From the NCBI GenBank assembly GCA_003344405.1, contig NOWV01000032.1, positions 310,001 through 374,000 on the forward strand: a stretch of DNA of 64,000 nt, in the 5' to 3' direction. Numbering within the stretch: position 1 is the first letter of the stretch; the number at the start of each line of letters is the position of its first letter. The notes beneath the pieces were generated by a model. It worked only from the letters and a program-made list of their open reading frames with translations. It had not been told where the DNA came from and did no database searches. A program made the translations under genes and the position numbers. Origin of the DNA: Trichoplax sp. H2. Lineage: Eukaryota. This document shows, one piece after another, positions 38,359 through 52,504 of the stretch.

Positions 38359-41300
38359 ATGGCTTTTAAATTTTACCTACAAGTAAATATTCTGTTCTGT
38401 TGCAAATTCAGCATCTGGTACTTAATTATCAGTGTTCGTAAATGAGATTAGTAAACAACACAGTATTAATTATGTATGTCAATACCTGGATTCTTAGTCA
38501 ATTCGATACAGTATTTTTAAATCAGGTTGGCAGTTTTACCATTGGTAATAAATTCAAGGGATAAGATTTCAAAAATTCAACATATGATATTCAAATAGAT
38601 TTTGAAACTCACTCTTAAAGTAGTTGAGTTACCACTGATAAAAAAATATTAGAATTCAATAATTTAACTAAAACTTTCCATAGTTGATTACATTTGCAAT
38701 AAAATAGAGGGTATTTGTGCAAGTAAAATACTTCAGTATCATCACTCATAATCGATATGTTTCCAGCTGATGATACTGCCTAAAACCGTGGCATTCAACT
38801 TTTATTAGTTTCTTTTCCATTTAACAATAGGTATCATTATTGGTCACAAGTATTGCTGCCATCCCAAAGAATGGTAAGAATTATTTACTGTAAAAGAATT
38901 TAATGATGTAGTTATAGTAAAACTCTTATCTTCAGATGATTGAAAGATTTAGCTATGTGTATGCATCACTAAAATAATATTTAAAAATTTTATAAGAAAA
39001 TTCGTTACTACCACGCTTTGAAAATAATATATAATTCTCAAACTAGTGGTACGATATAATTTATGACAGTCGTAGTATAAGTCTTATTTTTTGATATTTA
39101 ATAGAACGCAGATACTTTATATTGCAGCTGTAGCGTAATATACCGTAATGGTATTTACAAATTTTCTATACTAATTATAGATGATGGCTTCCATTTAACA
39201 TCATCCAGTGCATCGGGTATCGTTCGATTGCGTGGAACTTCTTTTTCTAACCGTGGAAGGATAGAAGTATTTTACAATAACACATGGGGTACAGTATGTG
39301 ACGATGAATGGGATATACATGATGCTATGGTAGCGTGTCGACAGTTAGGATTTGAAACTGCTAGGCGAGCTTTATGTTGTGCAGCATATGGCGAAGGTAG
39401 CGGAACTATATGGCTAGATAACGTTCGCTGCAATGGCAATGAAACCGATCTATTTGACTGTCAACATCAAGATTTTGGATATAGTGATTGCCATCATAGC
39501 CACGATGCCTCAGTTATTTGTGGAGGTAAGAATAAAGCATGCGATTAACATTATAACTGCCGGTATAGCTCACTGCTGCTGTACTTGATAAATTATACTG
39601 TACATAAGTTACCGGTAGTTTACGAAGTCAGGCATTTTGCAAATTGCCGGTAACTTAACATTATAAGCTTACTAATTATGTAACCGTACTTTATTATTTC
39701 TACTTGAAGAAAGTAAAGAATGTGCATCATTTCCGTGTAATCATGGAATATGCCTAGAAGGCTATCTTTCCTATAATTGTTCCTGCTCCTTAGGATGGAC
39801 CGGAATAAACTGCAATGAAGGTATAGATTTAGTTTATATTTCACTGATACTTTTAGATTATAGCATTATTATCCCTCTTTAAGATTATGCCGTAATTATC
39901 ATCAACGAAAGTATGCAGCGATGAAATTCATGTAATTTTTCGTCCAAAAGTTATATTTGCGACAGATCTTAAGTATTATAACGAATACCATATTTACCAT
40001 ACTTATCGATAGCATGACTGGAAGACATAGTTTATGTTACCAGTAAATGATATCGGGAACGTTAAATGCCATATTTGAGGCAATTCGGATTAATGTAAAG
40101 AGCAGAGCCGTAGAATACTAAAATCTATACCGTTTACGGTAAAGATTTTGGTAGTTTATGCCTCAGCATATTGTTGCAGCACTAGTATTCTAGTATTTCT
40201 TTATTGTAAATATGGTAAATGATCTATGAAAACCACACGAATGTGAAACAAGTCATATGCATTTACTGACCTGAAGTTATAATTAATCAAACTCTAATAG
40301 TGTCTATACGAAGATGTAAATCTTAAAATCTAAAAAGCCGAAAAATTTAAATACATATAAGTGTAAATTCAGTAGCATGTTCTTAACGTTTCTTTCAATT
40401 TGTTAATCAAATCAGTAAGTTCCTATGAGATTAAAAATTAAAGCATATGAGTGACGTTATTATTGAAAAGTTAAATTTTTAAATTCCCATAAATTATATT
40501 AAAGGAATACGTACCGTTAGAAAACTTGATAAACAAAAATGCATCGTGCTCAAGTCCTAATCCAAACAATCCGCTCCGCTATAGTTTTACCAATGTTCTA
40601 ACTCTTTAGGCAATTGCCATTGCCGCTTAAAAGAAGAAAGTTATATTCAATTATGAAGAGAAATAAATAATAATCATTCTTTCTTGTGAAATTGAACGTC
40701 AGATCTGAGCATTAGCAAAACATAATAATTTTCTCTTGTAAATATAGTTAAGTACCGCACCCATGGAATTACAATATATATGAATATATTTATTTGGGTT
40801 TCACCAATTTAGTACATAAAAAAAGTTGCAGTTAGGTATTTTAGCTCTTAAAACCCAACAATCATAACACTTTGTAATGACAAAATTAATGAAAAAATAA
40901 ACTTCTAAAACTGTGATGGATACGGAACGTTATCTTGTATAATTAATATTAATTATCACTTGCATCCAAGCAAATAGTCAATAACTTCTTGATGGTATAA
41001 GATGAACGTAGGTACACTGCTTTGTACCTGCACATATTAACATATTCTCTGAATTTCTTATCACAGCATGATCACTATGTTTTAGGTATCTCTTAGATTT
41101 AAACATTTTAACCCTAAAGTAACGTTTCTTAAAGTAGCACGTATTCTTGTTTTAACATTGTTTATCATTTTATGAGCTTTATATCATATTTTAATAGTAG
41201 CAAAGACCAATGCTATCACATATATTAACATAGCTATAAGATTACGGATTTCGCTTGTTAGAAAACTCAACGATAAGATTTCGTTTTAGTATAATAGAAT

Positions 41301-44300
41301 CTTCATTCTGCAAACAATAGGAATTTGTGCCTCTAGTCCTTGCAACAATGGCAATTGTACTCCTAATTCCACGAACACTTTTTACTGTAAATGCAATGAT
41401 GGCTGGTACGGAGATGCTTGTGAAATCGGTAAATTCTTGAGTGCCTGTAAAAGTTTAATTTTTATTACGAGGCTTAACACAACTACTACAGTAGCTGTTT
41501 AAGCGTTCTAATAAGAAATAGATAATTTGATTTAAGCAGCATTTTTACCGATTTTATAGTAATAGTTAATGGATAGTTTACCAGCTCGGTCATTATATGT
41601 AAATGATTGACGTAACATCCTAGTAAATAAGGAATAAGTGCTTCGTGTTTGCTGTTTCTCTGTTACATCGAAAATTTAAGAAAAAAATCCGTGCAGCTCA
41701 CAGCCATGCCCAAGAAATGCGACTTGCTACAAGCAAAGTACTTCTCACTATGTATGTCTATGCCCAAATGGCTACTTTGGAAGACAATGCGAACAGGGTT
41801 GTTGATACACTATATTTAAAATTAATACTGTTTCAAACTTTTATCTAATCTGTGCTGTGCCATTCGCTAAGTACAAATGAAATTACTTTGATAAGTAGTA
41901 ATAAGTATCAGACAGTGGTAAGGATTTTTCTTGAAGAATACAAATTTTAACTTGAACGCTCTTTAATTATCTCCCTAAAGGAATTATTAAAGATGGATCT
42001 TTAAGAATGGCATCGCCTCAAAGTCAGTCTGCTTGTAATATCTTACAAGTTTATTATAATGGCACTTTTGGAGTTATATCTGGGAATATCCATTTTTCTG
42101 GGTGGAATCATAATAACGGAAAAGTAGCCTGCATACAACTTGGATATAAAACTGTACAAGATTCCTGTCGAAAAAGGATAGAGAATCGAACTGTGTTTGA
42201 ATGGATTAATAATTTAAAATGCAACGGAAATGAAAAGGCAATTCTTCATTGCCCTACGTTACAAATTACTGGAAGGATATCAACTGAATCCAAATATTAT
42301 GCTGGTGTCATTTGCTCAAGTACAGTTCGTAGACACGTATTATATTTTTATTTATGAAAATGTTTAATGCATTAAAAGTCTACTGAAAGCTTGCCTATAG
42401 CCTAATACCGTTCTCTAAGAATGCTAAATATATGCATACGAGTACATTATATTTTCATGCCTCGTGATCAATATGAGATAGAACTATTTAAAATGCATGA
42501 ATTATTCATACAAAGATGTCACTAATTTATTTTATTTCTGAATAGATGGTTGCGGTTATAATACTCAGAATAACCCGTGTCGAAATGGTAAATGTATACC
42601 TGTCGGAAAGTCTGATTTTTACTGCAAATGTTTCCATGGTTGGTCTGGTGAGAACTGCGACTATGGTAAGGTACTATATAAGTATATTTATATGTATATA
42701 TGTAACCTCTTCTTTGTTTAACACTTGTCAATTAAAATATGATTGAAAATTCGTTGAGCTGTCAAAATTTCTTAGATGTCAAGACCTAAAATGCACTATA
42801 GTTTTTACATTAGTCGAATGTTTATGATTTCATGTTACCTTATTTCATTATTAGCAAAGGAAGAGACAAAGTTATTTAATCAAATGACGATAAATAGTTG
42901 AAATCTTGCTCTTACTTCATTGCATAAATACATAATCTGCCTTACAATATCATTCTTAGCGTTGTGAACGTTGTTTAATTAATATCGTTATCTTTTCATT
43001 CAGTGCAAACGGAAGTTATATAGATTATTTAAATATGCATTGGAAAAGTAAGAGACTGCAAAATTAATTTATATAATAATAGTGTTTTAGTAGTCCAGGA
43101 CACAGATTACAGCTAATTGGGATCTTTGCATAATGCGAGAATATATTTCGTCGCGTCACAAATTATAAAATTCTAGCTTGCTGCCACATTCTTGCTAATA
43201 TAAAGTACAGATTTTTATTAAATATTCTCGTGTACTGGCTGAAATATTGCACGTGCTTTAAAGCTGCTATTGAAATCAAATTCATTAGATTTTTAGATTT
43301 ACATGCAAATGAACTAAATAATAAGACTTTAATGATGCGGATACGTATCTATTATTAAGTGCCTTAATGAGTATAGTGATGAAACGTTAGTTGATCTTGC
43401 TAGAATCCAAGTTATTTAAAGCAAAGCTGAAGCAAAGCAACCTGGTTATATTAATTACAACAAGCAAACATTGTAAACTTTTCAGTTTCCATAACTTATT
43501 TTATACCAAGTCGCTAATAAATAGTAATTGCTTCACTAGACATTGACGAGTGTGTTTCGTCTCCCTGTACCGAAAATTCAACGTGCGTCGATGCTGTTGG
43601 CTTGTACTATTGCAAGTGTCCAGAAGGATACTACGGAGAATCGTGTGAAAAAGGTTATTACAGGAGGGTGATAATTAAATTATTGATTGTATCAACAGTG
43701 ACTATCAATATTAGATTGTTAACGGTTACTAGCATATCAATCGCGCTGATTTCGTATCGTAATAACAACTTGTTTACTATTAACTACATGTTTTCTCATT
43801 TTACTTCGGTAATAATTTACATTTAAGTATTAAATACATGTGTAAAGCACATTGCTGTACCGTGCAACATATTTATGTTTTGTTTTATTCGTAGGTGGCA
43901 CTGTGCTGGAATCTGATGTTCGGTTACACACCGATACTTCTGGTTGTTCGATCATTTATATTTACCATAATGGCTTCTGGGGCATCATGGGGATGTCGTC
44001 ATCTTGGTTTAGTTATACGGAAAGGATTACATGCCTTCAGCTAGGCTATCATGGTGGCTCTAAATCATGTACTTATAAGGCGTCAAATAAATCGGAAATT
44101 GGGATGCAATGGTTAGACGATGTAAGTTGTCGCTATTTCGAGAAAGATATTCAATCATGCCATAAATCAAAATGGAACCCGAAAATGATTAAGACTAACG
44201 ATTTAGTAGGCGTCTTCTGTGTTGGTAAGTTCCTAATAGTATCTCTGAATTCCTTAAATTATTAAATTTACTTTTAACAAAGCCAATCGAAAATAGGCTT

Positions 44301-47300
44301 TATTGTTGAATATAGCTTCGTAAAAGATTACTAGAAAGTAGAAAATGTAGCGGTATTAGAATGTTTAGAAATTTAATTACTTATAATTGCTTGTATCACT
44401 AATTTTTTGAGATACTGTACCATATGGAGTTAAATTAATGGCTTTCAACCTGATAATTTTGTTCACGAAAGACTGCATTAATGAATAGTATAAAGATTCT
44501 GTATGATGGATAGTGAATGGTTGGTCAATTGCGCAGCCATTCATAGGGATTGACCGAATGGCTGGCCGATTGTTCGGTCATTCATAGGGATTGAACGAAT
44601 TGGTGATCAGTTGCTCGGCTAGTCATAGGGAATGACCGGTTCCCGGGGATTGAATTTAACATTAACAGAGATAATGGTTTTCGATGATATTATTATTTAT
44701 TGTACAGTATACTAGTAGACCATCATTGTTTACAAGTTGTGATGAAGTGTCTTTAGAATTATAAAACAAGAACTGTAGTTTTTGTAAAGTTCATTTTTCA
44801 CATAAATTACACAAGTTTATAAGTAGTCCACTACTAACAAAGTAGACTGACGACTAGAGCGACCCAAAATAGAAACTTTTTCGTTTTCGAGCAAGTTTAT
44901 TGAATATCTTGTTTGTGTTACATCCACTGCAAATTTCTTAGTCTGAAACTGTGCCCGAAAACTTACCGCCAAAAGTGGTCGGACTAGACCTTCGCTTTTG
45001 TTAGAAGAGAGTTCGATTATAATAAAATTCGTGCGTTACTTATGATGGTATTCCATCTATAGCATAGTTTTGTAACGAGGTCAAGAATCTGAGATTTAAG
45101 CTTTCCTTTCTTTTAGTCTACTTTATTTGGAAACCCGAGCCAAGCGCGATATCATACACACGTTAACTAGACATAAGAAACGTGACAACATATCAGCTTT
45201 AGTACTAACATAATTTTAATTAATTTTAATTTTAATACCATATCCTAATGCACGTGAACATTTGTAGCATGTGATCTTAATCTAGTACAGTAGATAAGGT
45301 GTAGATAAGCCGTAAATAGTACTGTACGATATTAGATTCCTCACGTTCTACAGTACAGTATGTTATTAGAAGGTTGCCGAAATGTAGTGAACAGTAGTTT
45401 ACAGCATAGGATATATTCGGATATACTTGTCCTAACATCGCCTGTGCTGTAAACTACTGTACTGTACTGCTTGTTGCCTTGCTGTGCACGCGTTACAGTA
45501 TACTGTACTGTACTGTACAGTACTGCATAATAGTAGATCAGTACAGGACTGTAGCGGTATATTGTTACATACAGTATTACCACAAAGTACCGAAGGCTAA
45601 CAATCTAACATTGAGTCATTAATACCCTCCGTAGATAAAGTTTCGTGCCTATTGCAATGGAAGGTACGAAAATTTATAACTTTTGAAGAATTACGATGGG
45701 TTTTCTAAAAGGGTTAATATTATATCAGTGTCTTCAATAAACGGTAAAAGGATACCTAAATTCAACCTACGGTTTTGATAATACATAATTTTGATTTACG
45801 CTGGTACGGATTTTTCTTATATCAGGAACGAAATCCTAATCAGCTAATGAGTATAAAATCGGTTCGCTGTTGTTTCAATCTAATAACTATTATTTACCCG
45901 ATAACTATGGACAGCGCACGTATAAAATTTGTTGTTATCAATCAATAAGGAGTAGGAATTAGTGGCTAATCTTACATAAACCTTGGCTGCTGGCACAGTT
46001 TTCTATCTCCTGTGCTAGTTGAGACTAGTATAAACCTTCAATATGACTGTTAGCTTTAATTCTAGATAGAGTTATACTGTACATCATCACTGAATCACGA
46101 TACGTAAACTATAGTTAGTAAGTAGCTATCTCGCATTATTGAAGCTATCAAGAGTGATAATAATCAGTATGCTAGTATTTTAATAACTAAAATTTTGTTA
46201 TATAATTAATAATATAAAATATGAATACTATTTAGGCGCATGCAACCCTAATCCTTGCACATATGGCCAATGTATTGGGATTGGTGCAGCTGATTACAGA
46301 TGCAAGTGTGCTGCTGGATGGACGGGAAAGAAGTGCAATATAAGTACGTGCTAAGCTTATCGACTCTTGCTTTCAATGTCTTGACACTTAGAAAAAATTT
46401 TTATATAAATATTTAATTTAGTATATCATGCGTAAATAGTTGAGTAAAATCATGTATAGTAATGCAACGTCTAACATTTATATTACTGCTCCTATAAGCG
46501 GCCTCAGTCGGTATAGATGATTTTATGGTGACCTATTAACTATAAGCTTGAATAAGGAGACCGGATTGTTCTTTAGGTATTAACGAGTGTGCTTCAAATC
46601 CGTGTCATCTAAATGCTACGTGTGTCGATATGCATGAAGCGTATTTCTGTAGCTGCCCTAATGGTTGGTACGGTGAAAGTTGTAACAAAGGTAAATCTCA
46701 TAGCAAATATCTAAACATATTTCATATAGCGTTAATCTGTTGTCCTTTATTATTTAGATATAGATAAAATCGACATATTTCTGAATTATAGCCTGTAGAA
46801 GTTTTTATTTGTAAACACATTTAAAATAACGTGAGTATTGATAATTAATCGATAGGTCCAGCTGTAATTGGTGACATTCAAATTTCTAATGTTGATGACG
46901 AGGGTTGCACAGAAATTCAAATCTATCATAACGGAACATGGGGAGCTGTTCACTGGTTGGGACTTGGTGGATCCGCCAGTAATGTTATCTGCAGACAACT
47001 TGGGCATGCTTACGCCACTGCTAGCTGTAGTCATATTGGAAAAAGTGATCAATTTTTGTGGGTAAAACGAATGCATTGTAGTGGTTGCGAAACTGAAATC
47101 GTTTCGTGCAATAACGAGTGGAATCCGGCCTATAGCAACGATGTTCTCACTGCAGGGGTCAAGTGCTCGGGTATAATAAATTTCAAACGTTTTCTTGTAT
47201 AGTAGCCATTACTTCATCGTAATACTGCTTTAATTGAGTGCTTGCGAGAGGAAGTATTTAATGCGGTTAATTCTTTATTACATTAGTTTAAACTGGATTT

Positions 47301-50300
47301 TTCTTCATTTAAATGCGCAGTATTTTATAAATTACAAATTTGGTTTTAATATTTGTAAGTGAAGTAAACGAAATTATTGTTTACATGGAAACAATTATTT
47401 ACGAGTAAATCACTTGAACTACGGTATAAAGCGATCTCAGTATCATTATGAAAAGCAGGTGTATAGGATTATCGATATTTATTCGTATTCCTGTAAACTA
47501 AATGAAACAATTCACTTAATGAATGTTTATAGTACTGTGAAACGTGATATGAACAAATTTTACAGGGACTTGTGGACAATTACATTGCGTCTATGGTAGA
47601 TGTATTGCTTCGGCAGAGAGCGGTAGTAGCACCATGATTTATCAATGCGTTTGTAATACTGGATTTCAGGGATCAGATTGTACGCAAGGTATGGCTTCAA
47701 ATAAATAATGGTAACGATGCGGAGTACATTACGAAAACTGATATTGGAACAGTTTACGAATAGTTCTAAGTCTTCAAGTTATGGTTTTTTATTATTGCAC
47801 TGTTTTACAGATATCGACGAGTGCCACGACGAAAGATGTAGTCTAAATCAGAAGTGTGTTAATACCAAAGGCTCATATGTTTGTGTGTGCAAAGATGGGT
47901 ATTCGCAATTTGGTGAAAATTGTACAGGTTGATTGAATTCATGTTTTCTAGACACTTCTCGGTACTTTAAAAGTCTTACGTATGATACTCTAAACTTTTT
48001 AGTAAATAATGTTACATAGCACACATTTGCCAGCCTGATCATAGTCGTAGCAGCTTACGGTAGTAACGAATATGTATAATTATAGATCTGATCGTAAAAA
48101 CTGTAGACTTGGGAGGTTAAACTTACACTTTGTCTTTATTTTGTTGCGTCAATACTTAGATATAAACGAATGTAATTCCAACAGATTTCCCTGTAGCAGC
48201 AATGCTAAATGTCTAAATGTAATCGGTAGTTACCGCTGTGTTTGCAAGGAAGGTTATTATGGGGATGGGATAAAATGTCGAGGTGAGTAAATACTGTACT
48301 TACCCTAGTAAGGAAATTATCATACGCTCGATTGATATAGCGAAACAGTATATTATATCTAACTAGAAATTATTAAGAATATTAATAAGAAAGAGCCATA
48401 TAATTCCAAAACATAGTAGTCCTCAAAACACTAATTTGTTTTGAACAATGACTACTATTTTATCGGATCGATTAAGTACTCTGGCCTAATTATATGTAAT
48501 TATATGCAGTTTAATGACTATGATTACAGTATAAGAATATTACTTAGACCGTAGTCTTCTAGCACTTGACCCTGTATCATCATTAATAGTGATTCGGATG
48601 ACCTATTTTTCGAAATTTGCACAGCAATTAATCCCGTAGTATTTTGATTTGTATTCGTAATAGAAAGTCAATATCGAAGCTTTAATTGTTCACATGGTTG
48701 TCCTCTAAACTCGGAATGTGCCATATTGGAAGACAGTAGTCCGACATGTATATGTAAAACTGGATATGTTCGTAAGCAAAGTAGCTGTGTAGGTTCGTAA
48801 TTGATAATAATCCTATTAAGGCATAACCTTAGTTTAGTATGATGTCATAGAAAGCAATACAAATTTGTTACCACAATGCAATTAATCGCTGATTAAGGAA
48901 ACAAATATCGCTATAGGTCTTTTCTGGAATTCAATTTTAATGCGTAATTGAGTAATTTAAAAATTTTTTGGCTAGATTTTAATGAATGCTACATTGATGG
49001 GGTTTGTAATTTAAATGAACGATGCATTAATACAATCGGATCCTATTACTGCGTTTGCAACCCAGGATACGCGAGTATATTCCATGCAGCTTTGCCATCT
49101 ACTACAGACACTGTTGATATGCAATGTGTCAGTAAGTATTAAAGTACCAATATAAGGTATATTACCTATAAAACTTCATTGTAGCAGCAGAGATAGCTAA
49201 GTAGGATTTAAATTCCTGTATGCTAGCTACTGGAACAATTACGTATGCTATGCGTTTCGTGCGCTGCTTGTGTGATGGTATCTTTGAAGTGGACGAAAGT
49301 GTTTAGTATCGCAATGAGATAGTTCTGCTGCTATTAGTCATTACACCGATATATCAGTTATGGGTGCAGTACGCGTTAGACAATTTAAGCCTTTATTCAT
49401 CATTCAAGTTCTCATAATTCTAGCACTTTGCTAGGGTTTCATCCTGATCGGAATAAAATTATTCAGACATGTTAGTCCATATTATGTTAATGCACGATGT
49501 TTGGTCGTGAAGGTATTAGTATATATGAGTTACTCATGCACCATATCATTCAACGCATATTTCGTTAAATATTAGAGTATCATATAGCTAGCAAATTTTT
49601 AGCATAATTCAAGGAATTGTATGTATCTCATGTGATTAAATTTAACAGAGGTGAAAATGTATGCCTTCAATATTACCATAAGCGGCGACTTTTCACTAGA
49701 ATTATTACATCCAAGAACTCCAAAGTTTAAGCAGTTATCAAGATCGATTGAAAGAAAAGTATGAATATTAGCTCAACCTTTGGATATTACAACAATTTCT
49801 TTAGATTGATTTATGGCGATTTAGAGTAAATATAGATTTATATTTGCTTAGTTGGTACCGTAATTAATTGTTGTGAATTGTGGTTAATAATATAACATTT
49901 GGTACTTTATTAGGTCATGTATGTTTTGAAAAGCGATATAACTATCAACCAACTGATCGCAAATACTGCCGTACAAGGATTTCGGTATCTTCGCAATTTA
50001 ATAATTAAGTTACTGTTTTAAAGTTATTCCTTGTAGTAGAATGAAAGCATTTACTTACTGTGTGCATGTATGTTTGTATAGAAGATTTTATGAATTATTT
50101 ATATTTATAAGTTAATAATTTATCTGTCAAATATCTTTCGTAGGCAGGGCAGCATTATTGCTGAAGTGTTGATATTTATGAAATTTCAGTACAATGAATC
50201 TGTTAGCGTTCTTAATGCGATTATGACTGCAAAATTAAAGGATGTAAATGGAATTAGAATAACGAACGTAACTGGATCTAGTTAGTATATATCGATAGCT

Positions 50301-52504
50301 ACATAAAAATGTGTTAAAATTAGTATTAGTAAAGTACATTCTGTATCGTGATTGCGGTAACTTGTATTAATGTTTTGTAAGAAATTAGTTTTCAAGTCAG
50401 AGACACAGTTTCTATAATTTGCTATATCAGTAGTTTGTGATTTGACTCGTAGATAGTCAGTTAAAAGAAGTTATTGTCTTTAGCTTTCAGCAATCACACA
50501 CTCCTACAATGTTAACGAATAGAAATTTCATAAAACATGATTTGTCATTTTTTATAAAATATTACTCCTGAATGTATTTATTACTAAATTATTTTTCATA
50601 TTATTTTTGCTAGAAATTAATCAATGTTTGCATTCGGGCTACCATAGCTGCGGTATGAATCAATACTGTATAGATACTCCCTATGGATACTATTGTAAAT
50701 GTTCTACTGGTTATTCTATTGACAATAGTTCTAACTCCTCATGTAAGGGTAAGTACATAGATTCCATTGTAAACACGTGGAGCTAGCCGTATAAGAACAG
50801 CGTTATAATAATAATACTCGAAATATTTCTGTATACATGACATTATTCTTGATTCATAGTTATAATTTCAATTGTTTAGTTTTCCCTGGCCGATAATTTT
50901 TAGTAATATGTAGCATTAATGCCGGAATATACTGTAGTTATTCTTTTATTGATAACTATAGAGATCTGTCCTAAAAAGTTTTGTATGTACGATGGAAATT
51001 GTATGGATATCGATGGTCAGCCGCGTTGCACGTAAGGTCTTTACTTTCGTAGCAGGCTATCTAATTAAGATAAGATTAAAGCCGGTACTAAAATTTTTAG
51101 TTTATTTAAGCAGGCACTATAGTTACTAAATTAGACGTATATGTTTGCGTATTTTATAGTTGTCCTTTTCCGTATACCGGCTATCGATGTGAAATCAATG
51201 GTAACACAATCATTTCATTTGTTACTTTATATATGTATTGATTTACAATAAATAAATATATGATGATAATTAGACCTATTTACCTTTGCTGTTTCAATAT
51301 TTCAACTATGTATTATAGTATTCTAAATAAAAAATCATAAAGACTGTGAAATCTTAATTTTTTAGTGTTCCCTATTATTATCACGGTTGGAATATTGTTA
51401 ATGATATTAATAATTGGCATGCTTACATATAAAGGCAAATTGAAGAAATCATTCATGATAAGGTATTTATGTGCATGGTAAATTAGCAAGAACTTCTTCA
51501 TCTATAACTTTGTAGTTTTTATTATGTTGTTCTTATATAACTTGGAGAGAATATAAATTATTTAAAATTAGATTGACTATTTGAAATTTATAGAGAAATT
51601 CGATTACTGTAATGAGAGTTTTATTTAATAAGAAGCTTTTCTATTTTGAATTCCCGCTTATGCACATTATTAAAATGCTATACTGTAATTCTGACAAGCC
51701 ATAATTCCTTATTCATAACATCGGTTAGTACAATATAATTTATGTTTAATAGTGATATGGAAATGAAATGCAAGAATCACTCATTAGTTTATAGTACGTT
51801 TTTTAAAGAGGCCATGATATCGATCTTCGTATGATATTGTATTGTACATATTACTGCATTTGCTAAACTAGATAAATCGAATTATCATAGTAATTGTATT
51901 ATGGTAGCATTAGTTATACTGTACATGGTTCAGCATACTATATGCGGTAACATCCGAAATTTAAATTGTGAGATGTCATAAAATATGATCGGATTTTCGA
52001 TTAATGTTCGTATGCAATTATAGCGACTGTATTATAGCAGGTAGTAGCAGACTAGCAGGTACATATACTATACAGTGTGCGCCAAACATATAATGATATT
52101 CGAAATTAAAATAGTAAAACATCATAAAGGACGATCAGATTTCCGTTTAATTTTCGAATGTAAAGATGAGATGACATAAAATACTTTAATTCAAAGTAAT
52201 GTCCCTTTTGGTATTATTTTGTACGGTATCAAAATAAGGTAGTCAGTGATAGTTTGACAGACAGTTATTCATTATTAGGAATCTATGCGCAATGATATGA
52301 TGTCAACTTACTGCAACACAGTGATTATGTACAGTATAATATAATCACGCTTCAAGCACTTTAGTAGCATTCTATATACTGTTCTGCTTTACCGCATATT
52401 AGGTACTATTATTTCTTTATTGCATTATAAAATTGGCATTCTCATTTTTCAGAAATACGAAATTTTATGAAAACAACGTAATTCCTCTAAGTGAAACGGA
52501 ATAA
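38359..52504 (+). CDS. Single-pass receptor: signal peptide, 4 SRCR, 14 EGF/cbEGF, SEA domain, TM, short tail
   Basis: Signal peptide MAFKFYLQ|VSLLVTSIAA (38359-38382, 38831-38873). SRCR exons at about 39181-39525, 41981-42319, 43895-44224 and 46856-47170. EGF exons start near 39710, 41321, 41681, 42546, 43540, 46236, 46577, 47566, 47811, 48160, 48664, 48976, 50614 and 50963+51160. SEA exons 49649-50280 contain GFR|QGSIIAEV. TM exon is 51343-51462 and the last exon 52453-52504 reads NTKFYENNVIPLSETE*. Domain exons are mostly phase 1. Confidence 0.88.
44515..44654. repeat. Three tandem 41-bp self-complementary units plus a partial unit, intronic
   Basis: Units 44515-44555, 44556-44596 and 44597-44637 follow gaat(g/t)g...cataggga(t/a)tga(c/a)c and are more GC-rich than their flanks. 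Confidence 0.88.
45315..45580. repeat. TACAG/CTGTA array inside a receptor-gene intron
   Basis: Contains tactgtactgtactgtacagtactg and similar runs. Confidence 0.8.

Noticed and set aside
44515..44654. CRISPR array
   Set aside because: Whole units are homologous with no unique spacers, there are no cas genes, and it sits in a eukaryotic intron.
47606..47620. GCTTCGGCAG resembling the U6 snRNA 5' hairpin
   Set aside because: It lies inside an EGF coding exon and no further U6 sequence follows.
49985..50143. Second possible U12 intron (GTATCTTC donor) in the SEA region
   Set aside because: No CCTTAAC-like branch site near the 3' end and an ordinary AG acceptor, so it is treated as U2-type.
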